Source: Lingula anatina
Taxonomy: Eukaryota; Animalia; Brachiopoda
Reading direction: 5' to 3'
Assembly: GCA_051362555.1 (NCBI GenBank)
Contig: CM120646.1
Location: 17,980,001-18,044,000, forward strand
DNA length: 64,000 nucleotides
Below are positions 1-15,500 of this stretch, piece by piece (the stretch's first letter is position 1; the number at the start of each line of letters is the position of its first letter). The notes under the pieces were generated by a model. It saw nothing but the letters and a program-made list of their open reading frames with translations. It did not search any database and was not told the origin of the DNA. Made by a program: the position numbers and the translations under genes.

Positions 1-1917
1 TAGTAAATATTATTTTGCTGTTGTGTGTGTGTGATTTGTGTTATTGGTGGTTTGTCGATGTTCTACATTTTTATCCAGTTATTACTACATTTTACGCCAG
101 GAATAAACTCAGCCAGTGCCACTCTGAATATGATTTTCGTGTCTTGTGTTGACTTATGCATACAACAAGTGTGCCTGAGTACTGCATTAATATTTTAAAA
201 CTATTTTATTAATTGACTTTCAGTTTTCTCATTAATTCACAAACTGGACTGAAGTGTTCAACTAGCACCAGAATTGCACATTAAGATGATATCAATATTA
301 TCCTCTCTTGCACGGGCCAGATAAATATCAGAGAAGAGGCTTGCATTTTAATCTGTCATTTGGTTGTCAGATTGCATTTTAAAGTCATGAGTAATCTATT
401 TTTAGTGGTATTATGCGTTAACAAACAAGACTACCATCCTTAAACTACAAGGACGTATTTTTCATCGGACTGTAAGGGCACCTCCTTATGTTTAAGCGAC
501 GTGCCAACAGAGAGAAGGGTGTAAGTGAATTGGAAGCTGTAACAAGAGGCAAGGTACATTTTAATTAGTTTTTTAATCAGATAGGTATTTGGTTTGTCAG
601 GTGATAAGAAGAGGGGGTTATAGATTGCAAGTTAATGGTATAACTAGTGAAAGGAAAAAGAAAAAGAAGAAAAAAAAACAAAAATACCATTGGCACTTTG
701 GTATGGAGAAGACTGTAGCATTTTGATTTTACTTAGCAATACATGATTTTTCTGTGTACACGTTCTGGCTTAGGGTTTGAATATGTAACCAAGATAGATT
801 AAAAGACGGAGATAAAGAATCCAGATTTAGCATTGATTGGGGGGTTGATAAAGTATTTCCTGTCACCTGTTTGGCAAGGTCAGATTACAGGTAACTTCTG
901 TAATTAGTACGTATACTGATCCAACAGAACTGCAGGAGCAACAGGTAGAACTGATATTGTTGATAAGTAGTTAAAAATACAGCAGGTTTATATTCATAAT
1001 TGATAGAAACTTTGCGCTGTTAAAAACATGGAATTTATTTTAAAGTATATAATATAGGGATAGTATGTGTCTTGCCTACTGACATACATATACATGGATA
1101 TCTCACTAATTTACTTAGCAATAGAAAGTAGGTTAGTTCTGTATGAGGATATATAATGGTGTAAAAACTTAAGTTTCCATAATGACGTATTTTGTAGGGA
1201 GTTAATCATTTTAGAGAAGGAATATTGGTAAATGCATGAAAGTAAAAAAAGAAGTTGGTCAAGTGCAATAGCAGAAGAGCACAAGTGGTCTATTTAGTAA
1301 AGGTGAAAATACAGGTAAATATCGTGATAACCAAAGCACCTTAGGGCAGTAGTGCAGGCGAGTCAAATTTGTCAGTTTATGAGTAAAATATAGGCAAACA
1401 CCATGATTATCTGAAGATCTTAGTCACAGCGTTGTAAGTAGTTGTCAGTTTTAACCATGTCTTGCAGATTAGAATATCCCATTTAATGTGGAGAGAAAAA
1501 GTTGAGAAAGACAAAGGAAGGTGTAGATGGAATGCAAGGAATGAAAGTCATGGATGTAAGAATTGCATGATTTACATTGGCTTGAGCATGGGATATGACA
1601 TGCAGCTTATTTGACTTCATATAGATGTTGGTTAACATAAAAGTAAAAAGTCTAGGAACACATACTTACGTACATGTGGGTGCACACACATACACACACG
1701 CACACACACACACAACTATACAGAGAGAGAGAGAGAGAGAGATGTTATTGTTGTTGTTATTATCCTTGTCATCACAATCATCTCATTTTCTTTCCATAAG
1801 TACACTGTCCGTCAGTAAATAAATAACTAAAACTTAACATGGTAGACAGTTTGAACCCAGTTTACTTTTGCACATTTATTTAATCCCTTGATGCTTACTT
1901 TGATGTGTTATTTTCAG

Positions 1918-1972
1918 GGACCAAGCACCAGACTAACAGTGGTTGAAGACTGATGTCTAATGAATTAAACAG
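1918..1972 (+). other. Candidate 55-nt non-coding 5'UTR exon of DGK
   Basis: Acceptor ttattttcag| and donor CAG|GTAATT; no independent support. Confidence 0.3.
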
Positions 1973-4681
1973 GTAATTCGGGAACTGAAACTGTGTTTAA
2001 TATTAGTTGTGGCAGAGCCTGTTCTAGTAAATATAATTTTTTCAAAAGATTGGTACTAAGCTAACAGAAAATGTTGCTGTATTTTCTCACTAAAATAAAT
2101 CGCAATTGGATGTTATGTATTTTTTAAAACAATTTGTTGTTTGTACTGATAAAAATGGTTTATATAATTCCAAATGGCATAGATTGGATAATGTCAAAAG
2201 TACTTTTGTAAGCAACAGAAAATGATATCAGTTTGGAAAAAAGTGAATATTGGAAAAAGTTAATGGTATGAAATGTGTGAGTAATTTTCATGCAAATTTG
2301 GGATGCAATTGAAGTGAGGGTGCATGCTGGTGAAAAGTACACATTTTTGATGGAAAAAGATAAAATATTTTTTAATATGCTGGTTGCATAGGAAAACATA
2401 ATCACTGTGAAGATAGTGTGTCATTTCATTTTTTATATTTTTCATGTTTATATTGTGTGCTGGATACAGAAATATATACATAGTGAGTAAGAAGGCCCTC
2501 ATATCAATTGTTTTCATTTTTGCTTCAAACTCTTTTTTTAAAAACCTTTGCCTGTATTTCTAGGACATCTCTCTTTCTTTTTAGTTGAAATAGAATGATA
2601 GTGAGTTGGATATAGATGTGATACAAGTTTAATATTGCGTTAGATGTGACAATCTAGCATGTAAATACCTGACATTTATAGATATATTTATATTTATTTA
2701 TATGCAGTCTTCTATGCTTGCATTTTTGTGGGTTATTTAAAAGTCCACTGTGATTGTGTTACATATCTGATAATGTGTTATAAGTGATGTGTCCAGTGTG
2801 GTGGTGGTCAAAAGATGGTACAGTGACAGTAAGTAAAATGATAATTTCTTCCATGTGTTGTATTATGTAGACCATGACCTAGCACTCTGTAGTTTGTTAC
2901 AGTGTGTATTATTAAAAAAAAAAATCAAAATATCTTCTTGTGTTAGATGTGTTAGCCTGCTTGATGTGACAATAAGTCGGACTTGGCTTTAAAAATCTTA
3001 TTTTCATGCCTTTTTGGTCACGCCCTGTTTAGTATCCAAGCACTTGAAAACCCAGGCAAGAAGGATTTTAGTTGCCATCTCAATGCATACTTACTGGTCC
3101 AGGTTTGAATGTAAGTTGATCCAATCTGTATATTGTGTAAACATGCTTTGAATTCACAAAACTTGTTTACTAAAATGTTAGGTATATTGGCCTTCTGAAA
3201 ACTCTCAGAAGTATATATCATATTTTCGCCTTGTTTCTGTTATCCTTTGGGGAGACAGCATAGAAATATAAGTTAGTTTTAACATCATTGACCAAGCATT
3301 GAGGTAAGAAATCTCTCAGTTAAATGAGGTTTGAAATCCCAAACCAGGCAGTTACATCAACTAGTGGGGTTTCTCGAGAACTAATGCATCTTACTGTTCG
3401 ACAGTTTGGGCATGTTCACGAACTCCACGATTCAGATGATGCCAGTCCTGCTACTGTCCCAAGTTCGTGTTCACATAGCTCACAAAATTAAAGCATGCTA
3501 GTTCCAGTAATCGGAGCAGTTATCTGAATTCTCCTCCATGTGGTAATGATACTTTTTTTCTACAAAATTTTCCGGGTTCAGCATTCTCAAATGAAGTGTC
3601 CTGATGAACAATGAACAATCTTTCTAAATATTTATGCAATAAAACTAAGAAAGTGGTGGTGGTTGATTTTAACCACTATGCGTTTCCTTATAATTACATG
3701 CAGTAGATATGCTGGGAGAGTCTCCGTTAAATCACTTTCATAATGGCAGTGTTAACATTAGGATAATTAGGCATGCTAGCTAAATAATGGGCTAGTTTGT
3801 ATTCCTTGTGTAATGCTATTATTGCTGTCTTGATGAGTGAAGGCAGTCATAGGAAGGAAATGCTTTTACGTTGTATTTTGGTTTTTGCTTGTATGTGAAC
3901 AGAAATTAAGGGTTGTGGGTGGAAAAAATATCTTTGGGGTTTTATGTTTTAAACTGATAAAAATCTTTAGATGAAATATATTTTGTGGTGCAAAATGGTG
4001 AAGCTGCCCGATTTAGATTATTTGATTTGATGTATAGCAATTATTCAAAAATGCCAGATACCTGACTTATTTGCCTCTTTTATTCCAAGAAGGTATCTTT
4101 CGGCAAGTCACTTGTCATCTTTTGCAGGCAATTGTAACAAAACACTGTTTTGGGATATAATATTATTTTTTTTATAATTTTAATGAGTTATTGTTATAGT
4201 TTATGCTTTTGCTGAATGGGAGAAAAATTTGGGTCTTTGTGCATTGAGTATCTATTAGGGTTTAAAGTAAATGTGGAAGTAGGGTGGATGTGGGAGGGGG
4301 GGGTAAGAACATTTCTTAAAAATAAGACACGTCATTTTTACTCACCTTAAATAAAAAAATTAATTAATATAAAAATATATATACATGTTATTGTATGCAG
4401 TATGCACGTAATTGTAGGTACATTTTGCCATAGTTATCCTAATAATTCATGAAATATGCACAAGTATAAAGTCATCAGGCTGCCAAGACCAGAGTTTGAG
4501 ATAATATGAAAAATGTTTAGTATTTTCTCTGTGGAGTTTTACGCAAAGGTCATCTCATGCGAGCAGTCCCTTGCGGAGAGTTTAGAATAATACAGTCCCA
4601 GAATTTATTGATCAGAAATGATAAAAATTTGAGCTGATGAATGTCAAATCAATTTATATATTTCTCCTTTTGCTATGAAAT

Positions 4682-4686
<5 letters not shown>

Positions 4687-4749
<63 letters not shown>
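4687..4749. repeat. (CT)n microsatellite
   Basis: Direct inspection. Confidence 0.95.
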
Positions 4750-4751
<2 letters not shown>

Positions 4752-7394
4752 GCACACACTTTTGCATGGTTGCGAGCAGACAAACCGTGCTTTATAAGCA
4801 TTTCAATTGAAATTACAGCTCTCTGAGCTTAGAGCTCTCCGTTATTGCAGGACATTTGTTGGATTAATCATTCGATAATCTTTCCCTGAATAGTAAATCA
4901 TCTCTCCTACCATGTCTTTGGCCTGTCTTTCCCTGTGACAACTTATTTAGGGATTACAAATGTGAAATCGATGCAAATAACATTGTATCAATATAGCTAT
5001 TAAATCACCCATAAATGGATTACGTAGAATTTGATGTTATAGAAAGCACTGCAGAGAAATGCCATCATCAGATATTATTGCAGGATTGTTCTCTTCTCCC
5101 ATCTTTGAGAGAGAGAGAGAGATGAATTGCTATTGTATTTTTCACTAAGATTTTTGGTTTAATTATTTGTACGTATAGTTGCACAACATTTTATGTAGTA
5201 ATATCTGATAACAATCCTTTGTATATATATATTTATGTCTTGGAACATTAAGCAGCTTTTATTCCCTAACTAGAATGAGCATATTGAATAATATTATCAC
5301 TGAATTTTCAGGCATGTCTAACTATCAAGTGCAATTGTGATGATGTTCCACACGTCGAGCAATTATCTGCACAACCATGTAGCTATATTTTGTATTTTGA
5401 CAAATTATTAACTACCTTATTATGCATGTGGACATGGGCAGGCAAGCAAATGTACACATATACAGAGTGTAAGTGTGCGTGTGCATGTGCCTGCACATGC
5501 ATGCATGCGTGCACACACATGCAAGCACATAAGGAGATGAGAGAGGAAGAGAGGTCTCGTCTCCCTCATATAAACTAGTCTATGCCTATAAACCTGCATG
5601 TATTTGGCAGCACTAGCAAAAGAGCAGTAGCTGTTGTAGAGATAATGACTTCAGCAGTATTATTACAAACTTAGGGACCTGGAGAGAGCGTATTGATTGG
5701 CTTTCCACCCACGCACTATCAAAACCAGCATGACGACTGATTTAGTTTCCAAATGAAACTGAATTAGCATCTTTTGCAGTGGCAGTTTTGCAGAAAGGGT
5801 GTGTTTGAGTGTGTTTTAGTGGGGAGTTTGTACAGCTAATGACGCATCTGTCCATGAAGAAGTGAGGGATTTGCAGAAGTATGGTGTAGTATGTATGTTA
5901 TTGTTATATGAAACATATTTAAAAGGATTACTTTAGCAAATACATTGTAGGGACTTCAATTTTACGACAAGTTATTTTATTGGCAAGCTAGAAATATATG
6001 GATTTTTCCAGTCTGGTAAGTAAATATTACAATCAAGGTAGCAAATTTTTTTTTTTTTTTTTTGTTGGAACAATGAAAATATAGAGATTTGGTCTGTCAC
6101 TAATTGAGGTGACAGGTGTGAAGAGCGTGCAGTGATACAAACTGGTATAGTTCTTTTATTAAAATACTATACGTTTTCTTACACCAGATTGAAGACGGTG
6201 TCACTAGATTGCCCGATTGACAAAAAACAGTGGAGATTGGTTAATCTTAATAAGCATGAACTTTTGAAAATTTGTGCCAAATATAGCCTAAGAAATAATG
6301 TTACTATGAAGAATATATTTAGTATTAGGCTGCAATCAAGTTAAGTTCAATATTTTGTATTGTGCTGTTTTAACTTCATTTTCAACCTTATTTGAGTCTG
6401 TTACTACCAGTGTGTTTATGTATGTGTTTTAAAAGATCTGTTATTATTTCATATGTTACAATCTCTCTCCCCCCCCCCCCCCCAATAACAATATTAATGA
6501 GTCTGAAGTATTTTTTTTTCAAAATGAAGCAGTTTATGATTGATAAACATGAATAATAATGCATCAATTAAGGTCCCCTAACACCCCCCTCCACTCCCTT
6601 CTGGCTTCCTCAAACCCTTTATACCTGAATTCCTTTAAGTTACATGCGAACCAGCACTGTTTCCCTGTAATGAACATAAACCATTTCACTAGTTTCTTAC
6701 ACCACTCAAGTAAAGTTCACATGCCAAAGGACAAACCAAATTAATCACTCCGTCAATCAATAATCTGTTTCAAAACTGCACCTTCTTCAAATTTCTGGTC
6801 AGAAACTTGACCTATTTATCTGTCCCCCTATTTGTAAAAGTACGCCAGATGATTTGGTTGTATATAATGCATTACTGCTGCATGTACAATAGAAGGAAAA
6901 AAAACATTCAAATGAGAGTGGGCCGAAATAACCAAGGGTGACTTGTATATAGCACTGAAAAAAAAAAAAAAAAAAAAGCAGAAAATATCTGTTCAGATAT
7001 TTTTTTTTCGGGAATTAAGAGAAAATTATTTAATTTGAAGAAATTATTTGGTTGGGTTTAGTTTAATTTAAACTTATTATTTTTGGATCAAAGGATGAAA
7101 TCTGAGTAATAGATCACTGGTAAATCAATTTCAATTTGGTCATCTGGTCATTTTTAATGAGATTTTGACCTATTGGCAGCTGGTTTCATATTGCAGAGGG
7201 AAGAAACACCCTGGCAGTGCTGCTTTAAGCATGTTCTCTGAAATAAGACAATTCATAGGAGACTAAATGGTAAAAACAATGACCTTTCTTTATAGATCTG
7301 CTTTCTAGCTGGTATTGGTTCTCCTATTCCCATGTACTTTAGATAAAACGGTGACATATTTCTATTTTAAAACATGACCTGTTTTTCAGTCAAG

Positions 7395-7408
7395 GTTGCC
7401 TAGGCAAC
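7395..7408. promoter_or_regulatory. Perfect palindromic RFX X-box motif
   Basis: GTTGCCTAGGCAAC. Confidence 0.5.
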
Positions 7409-9881
7409 AATGTACAACTTCAACCTTTGTCCCGTTACCCATTTGATTTTTATGATTTGCCAGGGTGAAATGTGAGAATTGTGGGGTTTCTTTTGCTTTT
7501 AAAGCTGATGATAATACAATGTAGGCGTAGATTTAGACAGCAGCAGGGAAGAGGATCGAGTTGCCATTAAATTACTCCCACTCTGGTTCACATTTCCCCC
7601 TTTTATATCAATATCCAATGATGTTTAATGTCCTTTGTTTTTTGCATATTTCCTGATGTGTTTAGCAGGTTACTAAGATCAAAATGTGAAGGAAGATTAT
7701 GGTAGATGTCAACAAAAAAATGCTAGTTACACTAGGCTTTGTTTTTGATTGGATCACAATTTTTTTGTCTTTATTATTTAGCTATTATGGTTCTGGTAGG
7801 TTTAACGGGAAATTGTACTGACCTTGGGTAAATGCATTGTGTATCATTATTTTTCTTACCCAAAATAGATTAATTTTTGTCGTCTCTCATTATGGAAATA
7901 TGAACTGACCTCGTAATTACCTTGTTACAGTTGAAGAGAGGAATTATAGGACACACAATTTATTGCCTTTTTTCTGGTGATTTTTCTCCATTTTTGTTTT
8001 TTTTTATAGAATGGTTGATTTGCAGAACTTGTGCCAAAGTAAGAATGATGATGGTGATAACAATAGCAGCAGTGTATTTAAAAATACAGCATTACACGTC
8101 TCAAGTGAAACAACAAGGGTGCAGTGTAGAGGTTTGTTTCAAGTTATGTTTGAAACTCGCTGATTTCTACTTCATTTAAAGGGAAAGTCTGTGTAAATAG
8201 GCTCCTAAAAATTAGATGTTTTACAAGAGAAGCTGTAATTTTGAGCTAAGGACCCCACAAAGAGAAATGTCTAGCTAATTACCATGTATCTCTTCTGAAA
8301 TATATATTTTAACTCAGCACTACAAAAAATATAGTTAAGAATTCTCGGGTGTCAGATCAACCCTCAGTATCATTTTTTTCAAAAGGAAGTTAAAGGTTTA
8401 TGATATGGATTTCACGTCATTATTGACAGCCTGATAATTGGACCAATCAGGTATCAGTTCTGATGAAGGTATGGTAATCAGTCCTAAATTTCGAACATTG
8501 TTGCTAGTGGTTTGACATTTTTTGATTGATTGTATCAAGTTTTTTTACAAGACTCTGAAATGTACCCCACCCACATTCCACATAGACCACCATTTTCAAG
8601 AATCATTGACAAATTATTACTTTAAAAAAGTACGCTGTAATTTACTTAGTTTGAATTCAGCATATGATTACCATAGTTGAATCTGATTGGTGAATTTCAA
8701 GACATTCCAAAGTTGAAGTTCTGCCCACTGGGGTAGGTTTGAATGTGAGGCAAGTGTGATAATAGAAGATAAAAGCAGGCTGAGGTGAACACATGCTGAA
8801 GGTATTTAAGGCAGTGATAAGTACCTTGACGTAGAATGACACACTTTACTCAAATCGTGAAGACAGTGACTGTGTCTCAGTTGCGAACCAAGGTCTGGTG
8901 ACACCTGTTGAAGACTCCTGTCTTAACCAGGGCCGCAGTAACACATCTACTAGTAGGGTATAAATATAACCAAGGTAGGACTGTTTTCTGAATCACATAA
9001 GATATGTTTTGGGTCATCCTTTTTTCCCTTGATGACATATTTTCTCATCATTGGAAATTTTTACATCTGACCCCCCTGTCCATTTGGTTTGAGGCTTAAA
9101 CATTGGAGTAATTGTGCATTGTCTTTCAGCTTTTGATAGAATAGGGGGAATTGAATTTGTGTTGTAAAGGGGAAATTATTCTGAATTTTTCCCAATTTTT
9201 AAATAAAGGAGTCTGTGTTTGTGAGGTGAAATATAGAGTAGGACCTATTGGCGAGTTTGCTGAAAGGATAGCTCAGGTGGCAGTGGGGTAGGATTTGGTG
9301 AGATGGGGGGTGAGGGGGTGGGTGGGTGTTTTATTAATCAAGACTGGATCGTTATGTACTAAAATATGCCTTGGTGCACTCCGGTCTCCCAAGATAATAT
9401 TCTGATTAGTCTAAATAGTATGCAAAAATGATTTTAGTAGAGAAGCTTGTTCTTGTCATTATTTTGATCATTATGTAATCTACAGAATGTTCTAGGAAAT
9501 TTTGCTGTGGTGTTATATTCTAGAACAATCTAGCTAGAGCTTATATTTGAAATCATGTGCTGGTGGTATGCTCATTTTGCTGTTCTATGATTTTCGTTTT
9601 CTGTTTCATTTATGATGCTTAAGTTTTGCTGTTACATATTGTATCCTAGTACTTATGGTAGTGGGAGATTACCCTTCTAGGAATTTTTGTATGACATTGT
9701 TCTGGCTAGGTTATCCTGCAAAGCTCCAAATGGGAGAAAATGAATCATTCAATATCTGGGTCATGTTACAAATGCATAGAAATTATGAATATTTTAATAG
9801 ATGATGGATAAATGCACTACCATAATGAGAGCTAGCTGATGTATGCAGGCGGCAATTTGTAGTAGGTGTTCATTCCTCCCT

Positions 9882-9887
<6 letters not shown>

Positions 9888-9934
<47 letters not shown>
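9888..9934. repeat. (CT)n microsatellite
   Basis: Direct inspection. Confidence 0.95.
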
Positions 9935-9938
<4 letters not shown>

Positions 9939-11419
9939 GTAATTCTGATGCTTGTTGTACACAGGAAACAAAGCATTTTCTTTTTAATAAATGTCAGCAT
10001 TAAAAGAAATCACACACTTCTCTGTCCTGAGACAAATTAACTCTTGTCAGTTGTTGGCAAGCAGAAGAAAGATTATGTAGATGAGTTTGGCAGTTTGGCT
10101 GTTACATTGTCATTTCACCATTGCAGAGAGAACATCACTGCCTCGGACGTCTTTACCCCAGATTAATTGAAATTCAATGCATTCACATTTGATACATATT
10201 AAATTAAGTGGAGGAGGCCTCCTTTTGAATGATCTGCGGGTACTTGGTAATAATTGATGAAGGCCAGTTTCTAAATGCAGTTTTGAGGGGGAGGCAGGCT
10301 TTTGTGTCATGTGGAACATGGATGTTGCAACAAGAACAGATAAGGGAATGGATAGTTTTGTTTTATTGTAAGGATATTTTTATGTTGGTTTCATGTCACT
10401 CTGGTGCTAGACATTCTATTTTTGTTACACAATGGCAAAATATGTATAATTTTTGGCAAATTTATTTTTGATTTGGTTCAATCTCATAATTAGGTTGAAA
10501 TTATCCAGGAGAAAAACAATTAAAGGAAGAAAAAAGAAAATATATATACTCAAGTTAGCAGGGTTAGTAAAAATAACTGGCCAGTAAAATACCTTTTTAA
10601 ATGCTGGATAGAGAATGATTTCAAGAACTACAACAAGCAAGATATGTGCGAATGTGCTTACACAACATTATGCACAACGTACATGCATTTTAACTGGGTT
10701 CTGTGCATGCATACACTCCATTGTGTAATGCATCCAAGTTTATATTTATATGAATGCACATGTTAATGTACGCTCAAATCTTTGTGGCTTTTAGTTTTAT
10801 AGGCGATTGTGTGAGTGTGTGGGCACGCACGGACGTGTGTAGATGGACAGATAGACTGACAAACAGATGGACAGTTGTATATGTGTAACTCTTAAAGATA
10901 ATACAATAATGCATTCCATCATCTGTAGTGAATTATTTATTTTGCAGAGCCTTGAAACTAGGGAGCAGTGCCTACAAGACAATTTGACCTGGCTTCAACT
11001 TCTCTAGAATAAAATCAGTAAAATACTATTATTATACAGTGATTTGAAACCAGGATTTTAAATACTTAGGTAACTCTAAGATTTTTTCATCATTTAGTGA
11101 ATTAAATGACAGTTTTCATCAGATCATTTTGTAAAAACTGTTTAAAAATAACTTCCACTGTGTATGAGTTTTAATGTTTGAAGAGGCGAAAATGCAGTAG
11201 ATATTTTATATAGAATTACTAATTGAAACAAATTTTGTACAGGCTTAAGTTTTATTTTGGTTGGTAGGCATTTACAAGTTTTTATTAGCAAAATTTGTTC
11301 ATTGTATAAAAAGTTATTTCAAGACTCTAATGGGAAGTTCCCACTTTTTACTTCCAGTGTTGGTTTCTTAATGACAACATGATAACAGTGAATTCCATCC
11401 TCTTTGATGTGAAGACAAA

Positions 11420-11474
11420 GTATCCATGACAACCAAGACAGCATTGTAACCATAGCAACTGTTGCCAAGGCATC
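11420..11474. promoter_or_regulatory. Cluster of three X-box-like motifs just upstream of the DGK ATG
   Basis: GTATCCATGACAAC (11420), GTAACCATAGCAAC (11446), GTTGCCAAGGCATC (11461). Confidence 0.5.
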
Positions 11475-11477
11475 ACC

Positions 11478-12520
11478 ATGACATTCCAGTGGCAAAAGTT
11501 GTCCCCTTCCGAGTTTCATCAACTCCAGGAGTATTCTTCATGTAAGTTCAAGAATGGCAAGTGAGCTTTTAGACAATCCTTGAGGATTGCTTATGAAGGT
11601 GTGATGATTATAGTGACAATTATACTGTCATTATTATGCTTTTCTTTTTGATACCTACCCTTTGACCTTTACCTTCCTTTACTACCCTCACCCCCTCCCT
11701 TCCCTTACTCTGCCTAGCTCCCACTGTTTAAAAAAAAACAGTTTACCCCCACACATTCTAGATGGCACCAGCAATTAAATTGGACCAGTAAACTCGGCAC
11801 AGTTGGCAGTGAAAGCAGACATCTTAGTAAACGAATCCGTGCTAATGACATGATTATTGCGCACTCTAATAGTGGCTATTGATTGGTAGTCCACTGTGTG
11901 CTGTGCCCTACCGCTGCTCAGGGGTTCCCAAGTCAGAATTGATTACCTAGAGGCTTGAAAGCTGTGGCTATGGTAATTCTTCATGGATTTCAAAAACCTT
12001 GCCTTCATCCCTTGTTATTGTTTTTATTTTTTTTTAAAGTCTGATTTGAAGTAACTTACAGAAATAATGCTTTATAAGATTAAACCTGATTGGTGTTTGA
12101 AAATTTTTTTATGACCAAAATTTAGTGTGTTGTAAATCCATCTTTATTGCAGAGCAGTTCGGTTTATTGGTCTTATTCAGTTTTAGAGAATAATCATCGT
12201 AGGTTGTCTCAGGAGATCTTAAAGTAGTATTTAGGGATTTGTGAATAGTGGGATGGAAATTAATATAAAATCCTTATTATATACAGCAGGCTGTGGGATG
12301 CGTTTACCCAGAGTGACAATTATGATCATTATATACAGACTGTGTATTTGAAGCTTATATTTTCTTATATTTTTTGTGGGACTAATTTGTGATTTGAAGG
12401 AAGAAAGAGAAAAAAACATTACCTGCAGTATACACAAAATGGGGGAGGACATGCAGTAAAACTGGACTGGAGTTATACTTACGTGCTTCATTAGGGTATT
12501 CCTATTCCTGCCCCCTCCCC

Positions 12521-12593
<73 letters not shown>

Positions 12594-15500
12594 ACTCACT
12601 CACTCACTCACTCACTCACTGGTTGCCAAGACCAGATGTAATAACCATCTAACTGTTTCGTCCAGAACCTGTTGGTGACACGCATCTTCAAATTAACACC
12701 AGTTTTAATAACCCATCGACATGCTAAGGTAGATACTTTGATGCAAGCATGGAGCTGAATTTGGAACAAGGTGTCTATTTCTGTCGGAGATTCACTCTAA
12801 ATATAGACTGATATAGATGAGTCCCGGTAAAAATAGTTGTCCCTGCCTAAATTTAGCTGTCATAGGTTTCACGTATTTCAGTGTCACCAATAACAGTTGC
12901 GTGACAGTGGTGCAAGGCTGCAGTGACAGCTAAGTATAGATACCAGTGACGTCAAGGATTGATTTGTGGTGACAGTAGAAATAATTGATTTACTTATTAG
13001 CTACGGATTATAAATCACTAGGCGGTCTTCCATGTGGGTTTTTTTTTATAACAGGTATATAAAATCAGTTTTTCTATTTTTATCTTTTTTAAAGTTCACC
13101 TGGTTTGAGGGTTTACTTTTCCTCCTTTTATTTTAACATGAAAAGAAAAGAAAAGGCATCAGTACAAATGCCAAGAGGATTACGATCATTTTCAGAGAAA
13201 AAAAGGGAATACCAAAGAGGATTATCATCATTCGCAATATACTGTGTTGAAAGTGGCAAGTTAGTCCATTGAAATATGCCAGTATTTTTTAGAATATGCT
13301 ATCTTATACACGATATGCTGCTATGGTAGTTAGAAATATCCGTCAGTTTCTGTCTGTTGCCATACTGAAACATCACAATATATTTCTGAACTTCTTTAAT
13401 CATATCAACAGGGACTTATTACTAGGTCTTCTAATTTTAATCATTTACTATCAGAACTCTTCATTATGGAAAAAAGATTAACACATTTTGAATGAACATT
13501 CACAGTGTAAGAGACAAAGTTATGGAATGCTTTACCTGTAAGTGATTTGGAATTATTTTTTAAATTTCAAATAAACTTACATTTTTAATTGGTTTATAGT
13601 AATTGATATGGTAAAAAAAAAATCTAGCTGATAGTCAAACTCATAACAGGTAAAGCTGTCAGGTAAATAATTTACTACTGTATCGTTAATTAACCTGACC
13701 ATCAATGTTTAATACTGATTTAACAACTTTCCAGATGTGATAATTGGTTTCCAGTTTTATCTTGCTATTTGACCAGTTGGTCAGTATAAAAATAGCCTTA
13801 CTTGTTAAGATAATGAGTGTGGACTAAAGATGGGTATCTCGGATAGTTGTCAAAATTGATTTTAAGTTACTATCTTTTGGAGGAGTTACTGTAATTTCAA
13901 GTGAAAGCTGATTTCATCAGAAGGATGTCATTTAAGATAAATCATAATGTTTTCACACAGCTTTACACTGCTGCTTAGATTAATATCAATTTGAATTGAT
14001 AGTTGGTGCTAGAAAAAATTCGCTATCTGAAAATGGTTCTTACATTTTCAGGATTTTTTGAGGGGTCCACTTTCATCACTGCAAAATCAAAAACTGTACT
14101 TTTGCTGGGTTAGAGTTGACAAGGAAAAATGAATCGCATCTGCTAATATTTTTTTTCCAAGCACAGTTAAAATTTTGTACATTTATTGATATATGTGAAA
14201 CTATTGATCTGTTTGTTTAGTAATTTTGACTATAAAAAACAAAAATACAAATAACTGATTTTTTTCCTATCAAAAAGAAAGAAGGAAGGTAGAACAGCTG
14301 AAGCTGAAAAATAAATGTTCTTGAAGAGAAGTTCTAGAAAAAAACTATGCTGCAATTTGATTATAGCACCTTGATTTTAATTGTCATGGTGCTCCTTTCT
14401 ATTCATAACAACCCTAGCTGTGCTTGTTGCAGGCAGAGGTGAAGTTGTCATAGATGTGATCACCATGTCTATAAATAAATGCAGGTGATTAGCAAAGTAG
14501 ACATGATACCTGTGTTTCCATGGCAACCGGGGTTAGCTGTGATGACATATGTCAATGCCACCTAAGTATTTTTGTACCAAGGGTGGGTGAAAAAGACACG
14601 AAGTGAGAGAAATGCTTCAGGACATGGGCAAGTATCGGGGTCTTGTTTGATTTAGGGGAAGGGATGAGGTTTTAGGAGAACTCTTTAATCTGAAGGTAGG
14701 TAGTATTGAACCCTTGTGGAAATTACTGAGGGATAGGTGGTGTGACAGAGGGTGAAAAAAAGGGAAGAGGACAAGAACTGGAAAGGGTCCACATTTAAGG
14801 GGTGGCATTTTGTAGAACTGAAACCAGACTTGACAGAGGTTTCTGACAGTTGTTTTTTTATGTAGCATGATGTTTTCATTCCACATCATCAATTCTGCTT
14901 TATCCGATTGATGTGCTGACAGCTTAAAACAGTTGTGTATTTTATTAGTTACTCCTTAGCAATTAAAAAAAAAAGATACTATAATGTTTGCACTGAAGGC
15001 ATGAACCAAAATGTCATTGCCATTCAGTCCCCTCTAGATAGTTTATTTCACCTCAAGCTGAGATTTCAAAAATCTTAACAAGTTTTGTAGGTTTCACTAA
15101 ATATACAATCAAATTATCAGAAACTTAAATTGTCACATTTTACTCGGATTAGTGTCTCTAATAGTGCCAAATAAAGATGGACATATACAGCAGTTACATA
15201 GTCTCAGAAAAATACACCGTTTAAAATCCCACATGGCAAACATCATGCGTGGGCTTACTGTTCCGAAGATCTTTGAGCTAAAGTTGTTTCACAGAAACAT
15301 TTTGGTCCCTCTAAAGGGACTCTGGATATGAAGAATGAATAGATCTATATAATTATCATATCATTTACAGATTCTTCCAAAAACCTCAAAGATACCCTGA
15401 AAGAGTTTGAAGGTGACGGGATCCTTTCCCAGTACAGCAAGGATGAGGCAAGTGAATCTTTATTTAAGTACACTGAAAAGTTAGTTGAATATAATAGAGC

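Noticed and set aside
8455-8497. Second hammerhead-like string CTGATGAAGG...CCTAAATTTCGAAC
   Set aside because: GAAA core is broken (TAAA) and stems are poor; at best a dead relic.
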